Part shown: positions 26,621 to 37,245 of the stretch, in pieces
Numbering within the stretch: position 1 is the first letter of the stretch
How the letters are laid out: the number at the start of each line of letters is the position of its first letter
Source of the DNA: Candidatus Omnitrophota bacterium
GTDB taxonomy: Bacteria > Omnitrophota > Gorgyraeia > Gygaellales > Profunditerraquicolaceae
Direction of reading: 5' to 3'
Length of the DNA: 64,000 nucleotides
Assembly (NCBI GenBank): GCA_041650495.1
Contig: JBAZLB010000008.1
Span: 4,218-68,217, forward strand
Position numbers and translations under genes: made by a program
Notes under the pieces: generated by a model
The model's database searches: none
Told to the model about the DNA's origin: nothing
What the model saw: only the letters and a program-made list of their open reading frames with translations

Positions 26621-28035
26621 AGACTAAGACAGTATTCAGCTGCCAGAATTGCGGGTACCAGTCTCCTAAGTGGCTGGGCAGATGCCCTGACTGCAACAGC
26701 TGGAATTCCTTTGTGGAAGAGGATTATGTAGCCCCTTCATCCAGGCCTAAAGAAAGGGCGGCCCTGTATAAAGAGGAGCCGGTCTTGCTCAGGGACGTAG
26801 CAGTAAAAGAAGACAGCCGGATTAAGACGCGCATCAAAGAATTAGACCGCGTCTTAGGCGGCGGCATAGTCAGGGGTTCAGTCGTCTTAATCGGAGGAGA
26901 CCCTGGGATAGGTAAATCTACCATATCGCTTCAGGTATCACATGAACTGACCCAGGCCGGCCACAGCGTCCTTTACGTAAGCGGAGAAGAGTCAGTGGCT
27001 CAGACAAAGCTTAGGGCCGCACGCCTTGAGGCAGGGAAAAAAGGCAATCTCTATATAGTTAATCAGACTGACCTTTCTCTTATAGCCGAATATATACGCA
27101 AACTTAAGCCGGAACTGGTCATTATTGATTCCATACAGGTCATCTTTGAGCCTTCTATCAGTTCTTCCCCCGGCAGCGTAAGCCAGGTGAGAGAGTGCGC
27201 AGGACTGCTGACACAGTTAGCCAAGACCAGCGGCACAGCCCTGTTTATCATCGGCCATGTCACCAAAGAAGGTTCATTAGCCGGGCCGCGGGTTTTAGAG
27301 CATATTGTTGATACTGTCCTTTATTTTGAAGGGGACAGGTTTTCATTATACCGGATACTGCGCGCCGTAAAGAACAGGTTTGGTTCTACCAACGAGATAG
27401 GCGTATTTGAGATGGGGACGGCGGGATTAAAAGAGGTGGCTAACCCCTCGGAAATATTCCTTTGCGAGAGGATGAAAGATATATCGGGTTCGGTGGTAGT
27501 TTCAGTGCTGGAAGGAAGCAGGCCCCTTCTGGTTGAAATCCAATCTTTGGTGAGCAGGGCAGGGTTTGGCTATGCGCGCCGACGGGCAGAGGGGTTTGAT
27601 TATAACCGCCTCAGTCTGTTAGTCGCGGTCCTTGAGAAAAGAATCGGCCTGCACCTTGAGGCGGAAGATATATTTGTCAATGTGGTCGGCGGTATAAAAG
27701 TGGAGGACCCGGCAGCTGATTTGGGGGTAGCCATCGCAGTTGCCTCGGCGTTCCGTGAACATAATGTCTCTTCGGACACGGCAATATTAGGAGAGGTGGG
27801 CCTGGGAGGGGAAATAAGAAGCATCTCGCAGGCGCTCATACGCATAAATGAAGCCGAGAGGCTGGGGTTTAAACGCTGTGTACTGCCCAGGAATAATTAC
27901 CGGAATTTAAACTATAAGAAAGGCGCGATAGAATTATTGCCGGTAGCCACATTAAAAGAGGCCATGGATATCCTGATGAGCGAACCGGTAAAGGCAGGGG
28001 TTACCAATAAGGCTTGTGCCGATACTAAGATTTAG
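26617..28035 (+). CDS. radA: DNA repair protein RadA/Sms.
   Basis: It has the zinc ribbon 'CQNCGYQSPKWLGRCPDCNSW', the RecA-like Walker A 'GGDPGIGKST', 'KNRFG', and a Lon-protease-like C-terminal domain. Confidence 0.95.
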   Translation: MKTKTVFSCQNCGYQSPKWLGRCPDCNSWNSFVEEDYVAPSSRPKERAALYKEEPVLLRDVAVKEDSRIKTRIKELDRVLGGGIVRGSVVLIGGDPGIGKSTISLQVSHELTQAGHSVLYVSGEESVAQTKLRAARLEAGKKGNLYIVNQTDLSLIAEYIRKLKPELVIIDSIQVIFEPSISSSPGSVSQVRECAGLLTQLAKTSGTALFIIGHVTKEGSLAGPRVLEHIVDTVLYFEGDRFSLYRILRAVKNRFGSTNEIGVFEMGTAGLKEVANPSEIFLCERMKDISGSVVVSVLEGSRPLLVEIQSLVSRAGFGYARRRAEGFDYNRLSLLVAVLEKRIGLHLEAEDIFVNVVGGIKVEDPAADLGVAIAVASAFREHNVSSDTAILGEVGLGGEIRSISQALIRINEAERLGFKRCVLPRNNYRNLNYKKGAIELLPVATLKEAMDILMSEPVKAGVTNKACADTKI

Positions 28036-28111
28036 TTAAGGTGCGTATTAAGTAGGGCCAGCTCAACCAGACCTGCATAATCGTCTTAATAGGAATGGAG
28101 GAAAGGGGAAA

Positions 28112-29089
28112 ATGAACTTATTATTATTACGTCTTCTTTTTGTATTGACCAGTTCCCTGATAGGCTATCAGGTAGCCAGCCAGCAGGGAGGGGGAATTTT
28201 AGGTATAATCATCGGTGCAGCGGGAGGCATTATTATCATTATTACCGAAGTCGCAATACGCCGGGTATCCATGCGCGGTCTTTCCAGTACCGTTTTTGGG
28301 CTCATCCTGGGGTTGATTATGGCTAAACTGGTCATTGATGCCTTTAGCCTTTTCCCGGTTGCGATAGTAAACATGCCGGTGATACGTTTTGCCTTGACCG
28401 TGCTTTTTTGTTATCTGGGGATGATTATGGCCCTGCGCGGAAAAGATGAATTCAACCTGATCATACCTTATGTCCGGCTGCGCAGGCAGGACCAGTCTGA
28501 GGTATTGACGCTTCTGGATACCAGCGTGATTATCGACGGCAGGATAGTGGATATATGTAAGACCCGCTTTGTTGAGAATAAGCTGGTTATCCCTAAATTT
28601 GTATTGCAGGAGCTGCAGCAGATCGCCGACTCAACCGATCCCATCAAGCGCCAGCGCGGCCGCAGGGGGCTTGAGATACTGCATACCCTGCAGAAGGATA
28701 TGGAGCAGAATATTATGCTTCATGAGGAGGAGCTTCCTGAGATAGCCGAGGTAGACGCTAAATTGGTAAAGCTGGCTAAGCTCCTGGAGGCTAAGATATT
28801 GACGGTAGATTTCAACCTTAACCGGGTGGCTACCCTGCAAGGCATCAAGGTCCTCAATATCAATGAACTGGCCAATGCCCTAAAGCCGGTGGTTTTCCCC
28901 GGAGAAGAGATGCAGATCAAATTGATCAAAGAGGGCAAAGAACATAACCAGGCGATAGGCTATCTTGATGACGGGACTATGGTGGTAGTGGAGGATGCGC
29001 GCAGGTCTATCGGCCATGAAGTCAGAGTGGTAGTGACGTCGGTCCTGCAGACCCAGGCCGGCAGGATGATCTTTACCAAGATTAAATAA
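28112..29089 (+). CDS. PIN/TRAM-domain membrane protein (YacL-like).
   Basis: It has N-terminal TM helices, a PIN domain and a C-terminal TRAM-like beta domain. Its position between radA and ispD matches the B. subtilis yacL synteny. Confidence 0.7.
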   Translation: MNLLLLRLLFVLTSSLIGYQVASQQGGGILGIIIGAAGGIIIIITEVAIRRVSMRGLSSTVFGLILGLIMAKLVIDAFSLFPVAIVNMPVIRFALTVLFCYLGMIMALRGKDEFNLIIPYVRLRRQDQSEVLTLLDTSVIIDGRIVDICKTRFVENKLVIPKFVLQELQQIADSTDPIKRQRGRRGLEILHTLQKDMEQNIMLHEEELPEIAEVDAKLVKLAKLLEAKILTVDFNLNRVATLQGIKVLNINELANALKPVVFPGEEMQIKLIKEGKEHNQAIGYLDDGTMVVVEDARRSIGHEVRVVVTSVLQTQAGRMIFTKIK

Positions 29090-29100
29090 TCGCCGATACC

Positions 29101-29811
29101 ATGCCGCAGGTCTCCGTCTTAGTCCTTGCCGCAGGCAAGGGCCTAAGGTTAAAATCGAAGGTTTCCAAACCGCTCATCCGCTGCGGGGGGAGCCCTGTTT
29201 TGATATATTCTTTAAAGGTATTCGCAAGATACCCCAGGGTCAGGGAAATTGTGGTGGCGGTGAATAAAGGCAACGCAGAAGGTATCCGCAAGCTCATCAG
29301 GATATACCGGATAAAGAAGATTGCTGCCCTGGTTTTAGGAGGCAAGGAAAGGCAGGATTCGGTAGGCAACTGCCTTAAGGCCCTGGATAAAAGGGATGGC
29401 CTGGTTTTAATCCATGATGCGGCCCGGCCGTTTATAGATGAAGGGATAATTTCACGCGTAATAGCTGCGGCAGAGAAGTCCGGGGCGGCTGTGCCGGGTA
29501 TGCCGGTAAAGAATACTATTAAAGAGGTTTACCTCATCCCTAAGCACAATACCTTATCGGTAAAGAGGACGATCAAGAGAGACAACCTCTGGGAGATACA
29601 GACGCCGCAGGCATTCAGGCATGATTTAATCCGCAAGGCATACGCCAGGTTCGCTGACCTTGCCGTCACGGATGAGGCGATGCTTATCGAGCGGATGGGA
29701 AAAAAGGTGACGGTGGTTGAAGGGGGGGCCTATAATATAAAGATAACCACCCCGCAAGATTTGATTATCGCGCAGTCTTTATGCAGGCGTTTTGAAAGGC
29801 AGCCTATATAA
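29101..29811 (+). CDS. ispD: 2-C-methyl-D-erythritol 4-phosphate cytidylyltransferase.
   Basis: 'LAAGKGLR' is the nucleotide-binding motif of the IspD family. Confidence 0.9.
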   Translation: MPQVSVLVLAAGKGLRLKSKVSKPLIRCGGSPVLIYSLKVFARYPRVREIVVAVNKGNAEGIRKLIRIYRIKKIAALVLGGKERQDSVGNCLKALDKRDGLVLIHDAARPFIDEGIISRVIAAAEKSGAAVPGMPVKNTIKEVYLIPKHNTLSVKRTIKRDNLWEIQTPQAFRHDLIRKAYARFADLAVTDEAMLIERMGKKVTVVEGGAYNIKITTPQDLIIAQSLCRRFERQPI

Positions 29812-29829
29812 GACATATTAAATCAAAGC

Positions 29830-30312
29830 ATGAAATACAGGATAGGCATAGGTTATGATATACACCGTCTAGTTTCAGGCCGCAGGTTTTTATTAGGCGG
29901 GGTGGATATTCCTCATAGTAAGGGGCTGCTTGGCCATTCTGACGCAGATGCCCTGCTGCATGCCATATGTGACGCGTTATTGGGGGCGTTAGGTAAAGGC
30001 GATATAGGAGAATTATTCCCCGATACCGACCCGCGGTATAAAGACGCCTCAAGCAGTGGGTTGCTCAAAGAGGTAGCAGGGATCCTGCGCAGAAGAAACT
30101 TTGTCATTCGCAATATAGATACGGTGGTTATTGCCGAGGAGCCGAAGCTCACCCTGTATAAAGATAAGATAAGAAAGAATATCTGCGGTATTCTCAATAT
30201 AAAAGAGGGCTGCGTGAATATAAAGGCTAAAACCAATGAAGGGTTAGGTGAGGTAGGCAGGAAGAAGGCGGTTGCCTGCTGGGCAATTGCCGCTATCTCA
30301 ATCCGGCCTTGA
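29830..30312 (+). CDS. ispF: 2-C-methyl-D-erythritol 2,4-cyclodiphosphate synthase.
   Basis: The sequence begins 'RIGIGYDIHRL' and continues 'GHSDADALLHAICDALLGA'. Confidence 0.9.
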   Translation: MKYRIGIGYDIHRLVSGRRFLLGGVDIPHSKGLLGHSDADALLHAICDALLGALGKGDIGELFPDTDPRYKDASSSGLLKEVAGILRRRNFVIRNIDTVVIAEEPKLTLYKDKIRKNICGILNIKEGCVNIKAKTNEGLGEVGRKKAVACWAIAAISIRP

Positions 30313-30328
30313 GGAATAAGGAGAGAAA

Positions 30329-31015
30329 ATGGTGATTCTTTTAAAAGTGCTGGGCGTAATAATCGCCTTGTTTGTTTTAAAAATATCTTTAATTGCAGTC
30401 ATTTTCCGTAACGAGATAAATTCCGCGCGGGCTAAAGACCCGGCAGCCAAGAGTTTTCTGGAAGTGCTTTTACTTTACCAGGGGCTGCATGCGGTGATTA
30501 CCTACCGCATTGCGCATTCGCTATGCCGGATGCGTCTATTCTTTTTGGCAAGGATGCTCAGCCAGTTCTCCCGTTTTATCACCGGTATCGAGATACATCC
30601 AGGGGCAAAGATAGGAAAAGGCTTGTTTATTGACCACGGGATGGGGGTGGTGGTAGGTGAGACTGCTATTATCGGGGATAACGTGCTTTTGTATCAGGGG
30701 GTCACCCTCGGCGGGACCGGTATTGAAAAAGGCAAGCGGCATCCTACGATAGGCAATAACGTGGTTATCGGGGCAGGGGCCAAGGTCCTGGGGAATATTA
30801 CCGTCGGGGATAATTCCTATATCGGAGCAAACGCCGTGGTAGTTAAGGACGTGCCGCCTAATTCCACAGTGGTGGGGGTCCCGGGCAGGATCACTAAACA
30901 GGATGGCAGGAAGATCGACGTCAGCCTTGATCATATCCATATACTTGACCCCATCATGCAGAATATCGAGGAATTGGAAAAAAGGATAGAAAAGATAGAG
31001 AAGGATAAAGGCTAG
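30329..31015 (+). CDS. cysE: Serine O-acetyltransferase, with an unusually hydrophobic N-terminal 25 aa.
   Basis: It has '[29 protein letters not shown]' and hexapeptide repeats, and the RBS is 'AGGAGA'. The N-terminus '[24 protein letters not shown]' looks TM-like, so an alternative TTG start further in is possible. Confidence 0.85.
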   Translation: MVILLKVLGVIIALFVLKISLIAVIFRNEINSARAKDPAAKSFLEVLLLYQGLHAVITYRIAHSLCRMRLFFLARMLSQFSRFITGIEIHPGAKIGKGLFIDHGMGVVVGETAIIGDNVLLYQGVTLGGTGIEKGKRHPTIGNNVVIGAGAKVLGNITVGDNSYIGANAVVVKDVPPNSTVVGVPGRITKQDGRKIDVSLDHIHILDPIMQNIEELEKRIEKIEKDKG

Positions 31016-31036
31016 AATCAAGGCCAGGTACATTTT

Positions 31037-32440
31037 ATGGCTATTTTTATATATAATTCCCTCACCAGGAAAAAAGAAGAACTCCTGCCCTTAAAGCCTT
31101 CGCAGGTCAATATGTATTCCTGCGGGGTGACCGTTTATGACGACTGCCATATAGGACATGCCCGCAGCCTTTATATCTTTGACGTCATCAAAAGGTACCT
31201 TAAATACCGCGGTTTTAAAGTAAATTTTGTGCGCAATATTACCGATATAGACGACAAGATTATAAACCGCGCCCGCGAGCTTAATATCAAGTGGGATGAC
31301 TTAGTAAAGATGTATATAGAAAAATATTATGAGGATATGGCCAGTTTGAATCTGGATAAGGCGGATAATGAGCCGCGGGCAACGGATAATATCCCGGATA
31401 TGATTTTTTATATACAGGGCCTTTTAGATAAAGGTTTTGCTTACCGCACGCAGAGCGGGGTGTATTTTAGCGTGCGTAAGTTCAGGGGTTACGGGCGATT
31501 ATCCGGCCAGGGCATAGACCGGATGGAAGAAGGCAGCCGCATTGAAGTCGATGAGAAGAAGCATGAGCAGCTGGATTTTGCTTTATGGAAGACCGCCAAA
31601 GAAGGCGAACCTTACTGGGAGAGCCCCTGGGGCAGAGGAAGGCCGGGCTGGCATATTGAATGTTCGGTAATGAGCACCAAATTCCTTAAGACGGATACCC
31701 TCGATATCCACGCCGGAGGCAGGGACCTTATCTTTCCTCATCATGAAAATGAGATCGCACAGAGTGAGTCTTTTACGGGCAAACCCTTTGCCAAATACTG
31801 GCTGCATCACGGCCTGCTTACCATTAACGGCCAGAAGATGTCCAAGTCCCTGGGTAATTTTGTGACCATCAAAGATTTTATGCTTAAGTACCGCAACGCG
31901 GATATACTGAAACTGTTCTTTTTATCCGCGCATTATTCGCATCCCATAGATTTTAACCTGGAAAGGATAGAAGAATCAAAAAGTGCGCTGGAGAGGATCT
32001 TGATCTTTCTGGATAAGGCAAGTAAAGAACCTCAAGGGATTGCGGCCAGAGAGGCTGAAAATAAGGATTATGCGCAGTTAGAAGAGGCCAGGAATAATTT
32101 TACTGCGGCGATGGATGACGATTTTAATATGCCCCAGGGCCTGGCGGTCCTGTTCGATCTGGTGAATATTGCCAATAAGAATATTAAGGACCATTCATTT
32201 ACCGTAAGCGCCAGGGGCCTGCTGCTTGAATTATCTTCTGTTTTTGGTTTAGGCTTAAAAGAAACAGGGGATTCTTTCGCTGGATTGTCCCCGCATATAC
32301 GGGAGCTGATAGATGCACGTAGCGCTGCCAAGAGAATAGGGGATTTTAAAGAGGCAGACAGGATAAGGAAAGAATTGGAAGGCCAGGGGGTAATCCTGGA
32401 GGATAGCAAAGAAGGCACCACCTGGCGCAGGAGATTATAA
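31037..32440 (+). CDS. cysS: Cysteinyl-tRNA synthetase.
   Basis: It carries the class I aaRS motifs 'HIGH' ('CHIGHARS') and 'KMSKS'. Confidence 0.95.
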   Translation: MAIFIYNSLTRKKEELLPLKPSQVNMYSCGVTVYDDCHIGHARSLYIFDVIKRYLKYRGFKVNFVRNITDIDDKIINRARELNIKWDDLVKMYIEKYYEDMASLNLDKADNEPRATDNIPDMIFYIQGLLDKGFAYRTQSGVYFSVRKFRGYGRLSGQGIDRMEEGSRIEVDEKKHEQLDFALWKTAKEGEPYWESPWGRGRPGWHIECSVMSTKFLKTDTLDIHAGGRDLIFPHHENEIAQSESFTGKPFAKYWLHHGLLTINGQKMSKSLGNFVTIKDFMLKYRNADILKLFFLSAHYSHPIDFNLERIEESKSALERILIFLDKASKEPQGIAAREAENKDYAQLEEARNNFTAAMDDDFNMPQGLAVLFDLVNIANKNIKDHSFTVSARGLLLELSSVFGLGLKETGDSFAGLSPHIRELIDARSAAKRIGDFKEADRIRKELEGQGVILEDSKEGTTWRRRL

Positions 32441-32441
32441 T

Positions 32442-33083
32442 ATGGCTCAGGAAGGGAGAACGCGGAAAGGAAAATTTATTACCTTTGAGGGCTCGGAAGG
32501 CTGCGGTAAGAGCACGCAGTCCCGGATGCTGTACCGATACCTGAAGAAAAAAGGGTATGACGTGGTATTTTTACGCGAGCCAGGAGGGGTAAAAATAAGC
32601 GAGAAGATCAGAGGTATCCTTTTAGATAACCGCAATAAGACCATGTCTTCCGCCTGCGAGACGCTTTTGTACATGGCTGCCCGGGCGGAGGTGGTGGAAA
32701 GACTTATCAGGCCTTCCCTGAAGGCAGGCAAGATTGTTGTCTGCGACAGGTTTATGGATTCTACCCTGGTATATCAGGGTTATGGCCTGGGTGTAAATAT
32801 GCATTATATCAAGGCTATAGGAGAATTTGTCAGCGCCGGGATAAAACCGGACTTGACTATACTGCTGGATTTAGCGGTAAAGAAAGGCTTAAAACACCGC
32901 CAGGCAGCAAAGGACCGCATAGAACAAAGGCCCCTGTCATACCATCTGTTGGTCAGAAGGGGTTATTTAAGCCTGGCGCGCCGGGAGCCTAAAAGGATAA
33001 AGACCGTGCGTGTACAGGAGCATAAGAGTTTGACTCAAGGAATAATAAGGGGATTAGTGGATAGCCTCTTAAGTATTACTTAA
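32442..33083 (+). CDS. tmk: Thymidylate kinase.
   Basis: It has the P-loop 'FEGSEGCGKST' and the DRF motif 'CDRF'. Confidence 0.9.
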   Translation: MAQEGRTRKGKFITFEGSEGCGKSTQSRMLYRYLKKKGYDVVFLREPGGVKISEKIRGILLDNRNKTMSSACETLLYMAARAEVVERLIRPSLKAGKIVVCDRFMDSTLVYQGYGLGVNMHYIKAIGEFVSAGIKPDLTILLDLAVKKGLKHRQAAKDRIEQRPLSYHLLVRRGYLSLARREPKRIKTVRVQEHKSLTQGIIRGLVDSLLSIT

Positions 33084-33118
33084 GCGCTAAACCGGTGTTT
33101 TTTTTAGAATAGGAAAAT

Positions 33119-34090
33119 ATGGCATTTAAAGATATAAAAGGACAGGATAGGCCTATTGATATACTCAAGGAGCAGTTTAAGAATGGCCGTATTGCCGGTG
33201 GGTATCTTTTTACCGGGCAAGAAGCTATAGGTAAGCGCATGGTGGCTACTGTTTTGGCTAAGGCTGTTAACTGTAGAGACCAAGGAGCAGGTTTTGATTC
33301 TTGCGATAAGTGCCCTGAGTGTATTAAGATTGCAGGTAATCAGCATCCTGACGTGCATATCCTGGATACGGCAGATTCCGGATCCATAAAAATAGAAGCC
33401 GTAAGGCAATTAAGAAAAGATGTATGCCTTAAGCCTTATGCAGGCAGGATGAAGTTTTTTATTATAAATAACGCCCATAATATGACTGATGATGCCTCTA
33501 ACGCGCTTTTAAAAATACTGGAAGAGCCGGCAGGGGAGACAGCTATCATTTTAATCAGCGCAAAGCCGCTTTTGCTGCTTCCTACTATTATCTCCCGCTG
33601 CAAGCGCCTGAAATTCTCCTCTTTGCCCAGGGAAGAACTCGCCTGCATCCTGCAAAAAGATTATCTCCTGGACAGCCAATATGCGCATTTCCTGGCTTAT
33701 TACGCAGAAGGCCGGATCGGTTATGCCTTAAGCCTGAAAGATTCCGAAATTCTTAAGGAGAAGAACCGGATTATTGACAGGTTTGTTTTTTCTTCCGATA
33801 CGAGCTTTGAAAACATCACCCTGCGGGAAAGAGGGGATATATCATCCAGCCTGAACATATTGGCCGGGTGGTTCAGGGATTTATACCTTTTAAAAGTAGG
33901 CGTACCTCATCACCAGCTCATTAATTATGACCGTAAGGAGGAATTATTGCGGATGATGGGCCGTTATACGCTGATGGATTTGGAAGGAGCGATATCCTCC
34001 GTTTCGGATGCCCTTTTCTACCTGGAGCACAACGTTAACATAAAATTGCTGCTGTCTAACCTTAAGGCCTGCATTAAGGTTGGCGGATAA
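33119..34090 (+). CDS. holB: DNA polymerase III delta-prime subunit.
   Basis: It is an AAA+ clamp-loader subunit with 'GQEAIGKRMVATVLAKAVNC' and a zinc module of Cys residues. Confidence 0.85.
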   Translation: MAFKDIKGQDRPIDILKEQFKNGRIAGGYLFTGQEAIGKRMVATVLAKAVNCRDQGAGFDSCDKCPECIKIAGNQHPDVHILDTADSGSIKIEAVRQLRKDVCLKPYAGRMKFFIINNAHNMTDDASNALLKILEEPAGETAIILISAKPLLLLPTIISRCKRLKFSSLPREELACILQKDYLLDSQYAHFLAYYAEGRIGYALSLKDSEILKEKNRIIDRFVFSSDTSFENITLRERGDISSSLNILAGWFRDLYLLKVGVPHHQLINYDRKEELLRMMGRYTLMDLEGAISSVSDALFYLEHNVNIKLLLSNLKACIKVGG

Positions 34091-34110
34091 GAATATATGG
34101 AGAAAAACTT

Positions 34111-34893
34111 ATGGATGGCATGGTTTTGATTCGACTGAGAGATTCCGGGCAGACATATTCCTATAAAATCGTTAACCTGGACGTCAAGGAAGGGGACTAC
34201 GTGATTATCGAGCATGACCGCGGGCTTGATTACGGCCAGATCATCCCTTCCCATGATGCGCTAGCGGACGCCAAATCCAAAGAGCAGTTGAAGCGGATAG
34301 TGCGGCTGGCTACGGAGGCGGACTTAAAGCAGGTTGAGGATAACAGGGCCCGGGCTAAGGAGGCATCTAGTACCTGCACGAAAAAGATAGCCGAGCATAA
34401 GCTGGATATGAAACTTGTGCAGGCAGAATATTCTTTTGACCGCAGCAAGATCGTATTCTATTTTACTGCGGGAGGCAGAGTGGATTTCCGTAACCTCGTC
34501 AAAGACCTGGCCAAGATATTCCGAGCCCGTATTGAATTGCGCCAGATAGGCGTCAGGGATGAAGCCAGGCTTTTCGGAGGGCTGGGTCACTGCGGCAGGG
34601 ACCTGTGCTGCTGTAAGTTCCTCAAAGACTTTGAGCCGGTTACCATCAAAATGGCCAAAGAAGAGGGCCTGCCTTTAAATCCGCCTAAAATATCCGGCCT
34701 TTGCGGAAGGCTGATGTGCTGCCTTTATTTTGAATACGAGAACTATAAGATTATGTCTAAGGGCCTGCCCAAGGAGGGTGAGAACGTGCATACCCAGGAA
34801 GGTAAGGGAAAGGTCATAAGCGTGAATGTATTCCGGCGCAAAGCCACAATCCTGCTTGAAGACGGAAAACAGATAGAGATAAAATACCCCTGA
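34111..34893 (+). CDS. ricT: PSP1/YaaT (RicT) family protein.
   Basis: It has a PSP1 C-terminal domain with a Cys cluster ('GHCGRDLCCCKF', 'CGRLMCCL'), and it follows holB as in Firmicutes. Confidence 0.8.
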   Translation: MDGMVLIRLRDSGQTYSYKIVNLDVKEGDYVIIEHDRGLDYGQIIPSHDALADAKSKEQLKRIVRLATEADLKQVEDNRARAKEASSTCTKKIAEHKLDMKLVQAEYSFDRSKIVFYFTAGGRVDFRNLVKDLAKIFRARIELRQIGVRDEARLFGGLGHCGRDLCCCKFLKDFEPVTIKMAKEEGLPLNPPKISGLCGRLMCCLYFEYENYKIMSKGLPKEGENVHTQEGKGKVISVNVFRRKATILLEDGKQIEIKYP

Positions 34894-34896
34894 ACA

Positions 34897-36447
34897 ATGG
34901 AAGAGAAATTCTATATCACAACACCTCTTTATTATGTAAATGCCTCTCCCCATATCGGGCATTCTTATACTAATATCGCCGCAGACTGCCTGGCGAGGTA
35001 TATGCGAAGGCGGATCGGCTACGATAAGGTATGGCTCCTGACCGGTACGGATGAGCACGGGCAGAAGATACAGAAGGCAGCCGCTGATTTGAAATTAAGA
35101 CCTGAGGAATTCGTGGATAAGATGGTCATACAATTTCAGGGGCTATGGAAGTCGCTGGGTATTACCCATAACGATTTTATCCGCACTAGCGAAAAAAGGC
35201 ATATTGAGACGGTAAACAGGGTTTTAGAGATACTGCATAAGAAGGGGGATATCTATGAGGACCGCTATGAGGGGCTTTATTGCACCCCCTGCGAGACCTT
35301 CTGGCTGGATTCCCAGGTGGACACAGGCAGTCTCTGCTCTGATTGTGCCAGGCCCCTTGAAAGGATATCCGAGGTCAATTATTTCTTCCGTCTTTCCAGG
35401 TATCAGGATTGGCTTATTGCCTATATCCAGGAACATCCCCTGTTTATCGGGCCAAAGATAAGGCGCAATGAAGTTTTAAGTTTTCTGACCATGAATAAAT
35501 TAAGCGACCTTTGTATTTCCCGGCCTAAAGAGAGGCTGGGCTGGGGTATCCCTCTTCCTTTTAGCCCAGACCATGTCACCTATGTCTGGTTTGATGCCTT
35601 GATAAATTATATCAGCGCCGTAGGTTCATTTGATAAAGAGGGCAGGTATAATTCTCCCTGGTGGCCCGCGGATTTGCATCTTATGGCCAAGGACATATTA
35701 AGGCAGCATGCGGTTTACTGGCCGATCATGCTTTATGCATTAGGTATACCTCTTCCGCGTACTATATTTGCCCATGGCTGGTGGATGATAGGGGAAAGCA
35801 AGATGTCTAAGTCGCGGGGGAATGTGGTTTCTCCTCTTGATATGATCAAGCGTTTCGGCATAGATACTTACCGTTATTTCCTTTTACGGGATATCTCTTT
35901 TGGCGCAGACGGTAATTTCTCGGAGGAGGCGATAGTCAAAAGATTTAACAGCGACCTGGCCAATGACCTGGGTAATCTTGTTTATCGCACCTTTACGATG
36001 GTAGAGAAATATTTTCAAGGGGATATACCCGTTAAGAAGGAGAGGGGTATTCTAGGAGACAACCAGGCAGAGGCGATAAAAGAAAAGATGGAGGCCTTAT
36101 CTTCTCAGATAGAAAGATATATGCGTCCAGAGGAAGATTTTAACTTTAGCCTGGCATTAGGAGAGATATGGTCGTTGATAGGCATGGCCAATAAATATAT
36201 CGAGGATATGAAGCCGTGGAATCTGTTAAAGGAGAATAAAATCAAGGAGCTTGAGGCTTTTATTCTTCTTTTGGTGGATGTGATCAGGAAGGTGGCGGAT
36301 GAGGCCTCCCCTTTTCTTCCGGAAACCTCGGTTTTGATACAACAACAGATAGGCGAAGGCAAGATCAACAAAGGCCGCCCTTTATTTCCCCGTATAGAGA
36401 CTGCTAAACCAGAAGGCAGACACCCGAAGGATAAAACCCGTAAATAA
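34897..36447 (+). CDS. metG: Methionyl-tRNA synthetase (short form without the C-terminal tRNA-binding domain).
   Basis: It has the HIGH motif 'PHIGHSYT', the zinc knuckle 'CTPCETF...CSDC' and 'KMSKS'. Confidence 0.95.
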   Translation: MEEKFYITTPLYYVNASPHIGHSYTNIAADCLARYMRRRIGYDKVWLLTGTDEHGQKIQKAAADLKLRPEEFVDKMVIQFQGLWKSLGITHNDFIRTSEKRHIETVNRVLEILHKKGDIYEDRYEGLYCTPCETFWLDSQVDTGSLCSDCARPLERISEVNYFFRLSRYQDWLIAYIQEHPLFIGPKIRRNEVLSFLTMNKLSDLCISRPKERLGWGIPLPFSPDHVTYVWFDALINYISAVGSFDKEGRYNSPWWPADLHLMAKDILRQHAVYWPIMLYALGIPLPRTIFAHGWWMIGESKMSKSRGNVVSPLDMIKRFGIDTYRYFLLRDISFGADGNFSEEAIVKRFNSDLANDLGNLVYRTFTMVEKYFQGDIPVKKERGILGDNQAEAIKEKMEALSSQIERYMRPEEDFNFSLALGEIWSLIGMANKYIEDMKPWNLLKENKIKELEAFILLLVDVIRKVADEASPFLPETSVLIQQQIGEGKINKGRPLFPRIETAKPEGRHPKDKTRK

Positions 36448-36451
36448 ACCT

Positions 36452-37243
36452 ATGTTTATCGATACCCATTGCCACCTGGACTTTCCGGATTTTGATCCGG
36501 ACAGAGAAGAGGTTATCAGGAAATCCCGGGCAGAAGGCATAGGTTATATCATTAACGTCAGTTCCAGTATTAAAGGCGCAAAGGATTCTTTAGAACTGTC
36601 TCATCGCCATGATTTTATCTATGCAGCAGTGGGGATACATCCTCATGAGGCAGACGCATGCTTACATCCTGACATAAGAGGAGAGATCAAAAAACTAGCC
36701 GGGAATAAAAAGGTAGTGGCTATCGGAGAAATAGGGCTGGATTATTACCGGCATTATTCTCTTCCTAAAAATCAGAAGGACCTGTTTGTTTCGTTATTGG
36801 CTCTGGCTTCTGAATTAAAGTTACCGGCGATTATACACAGCCGTCAGGCACAGGAAGATACCTTAAGGATATTAAAGGAAAACCCCGTAGAAAGAATAGT
36901 GCTGCATTGTTTTTCCGGGGATGAGGCCTTCCTGGCAGAGTGTTTAAGCCGCGGTTATTACCTTTCTTTTACCTGCAATATTACTTACAAGAAATCCGGT
37001 GATTTGCGCCGTATTGTCCTTAAGGCTCCGCTGGAGAGGATCTTTCTTGAGACGGATGCGCCTTTCTTACCTCCTGAGGGCGCAAGAGGAAAAAGAAATG
37101 ACCCTTGGCAGGTGAAGGCAGTGGCAGAAGAGATTGCCCGGTTAAAAGGATTAAGCACGGAGGAAGTTGCCAGGGTAACCACTGAGAATGCCTTAGCATT
37201 CTTTAGCCTGGAGGCAATAAAACCCCGGGTAGACCAAGGTTAA
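36452..37243 (+). CDS. tatD: TatD-family metal-dependent hydrolase.
   Basis: It begins 'FIDTHCHLDF' and has a TIM-barrel metal-binding His/Glu pattern. Confidence 0.9.
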   Translation: MFIDTHCHLDFPDFDPDREEVIRKSRAEGIGYIINVSSSIKGAKDSLELSHRHDFIYAAVGIHPHEADACLHPDIRGEIKKLAGNKKVVAIGEIGLDYYRHYSLPKNQKDLFVSLLALASELKLPAIIHSRQAQEDTLRILKENPVERIVLHCFSGDEAFLAECLSRGYYLSFTCNITYKKSGDLRRIVLKAPLERIFLETDAPFLPPEGARGKRNDPWQVKAVAEEIARLKGLSTEEVARVTTENALAFFSLEAIKPRVDQG

Positions 37244-37245
37244 TT

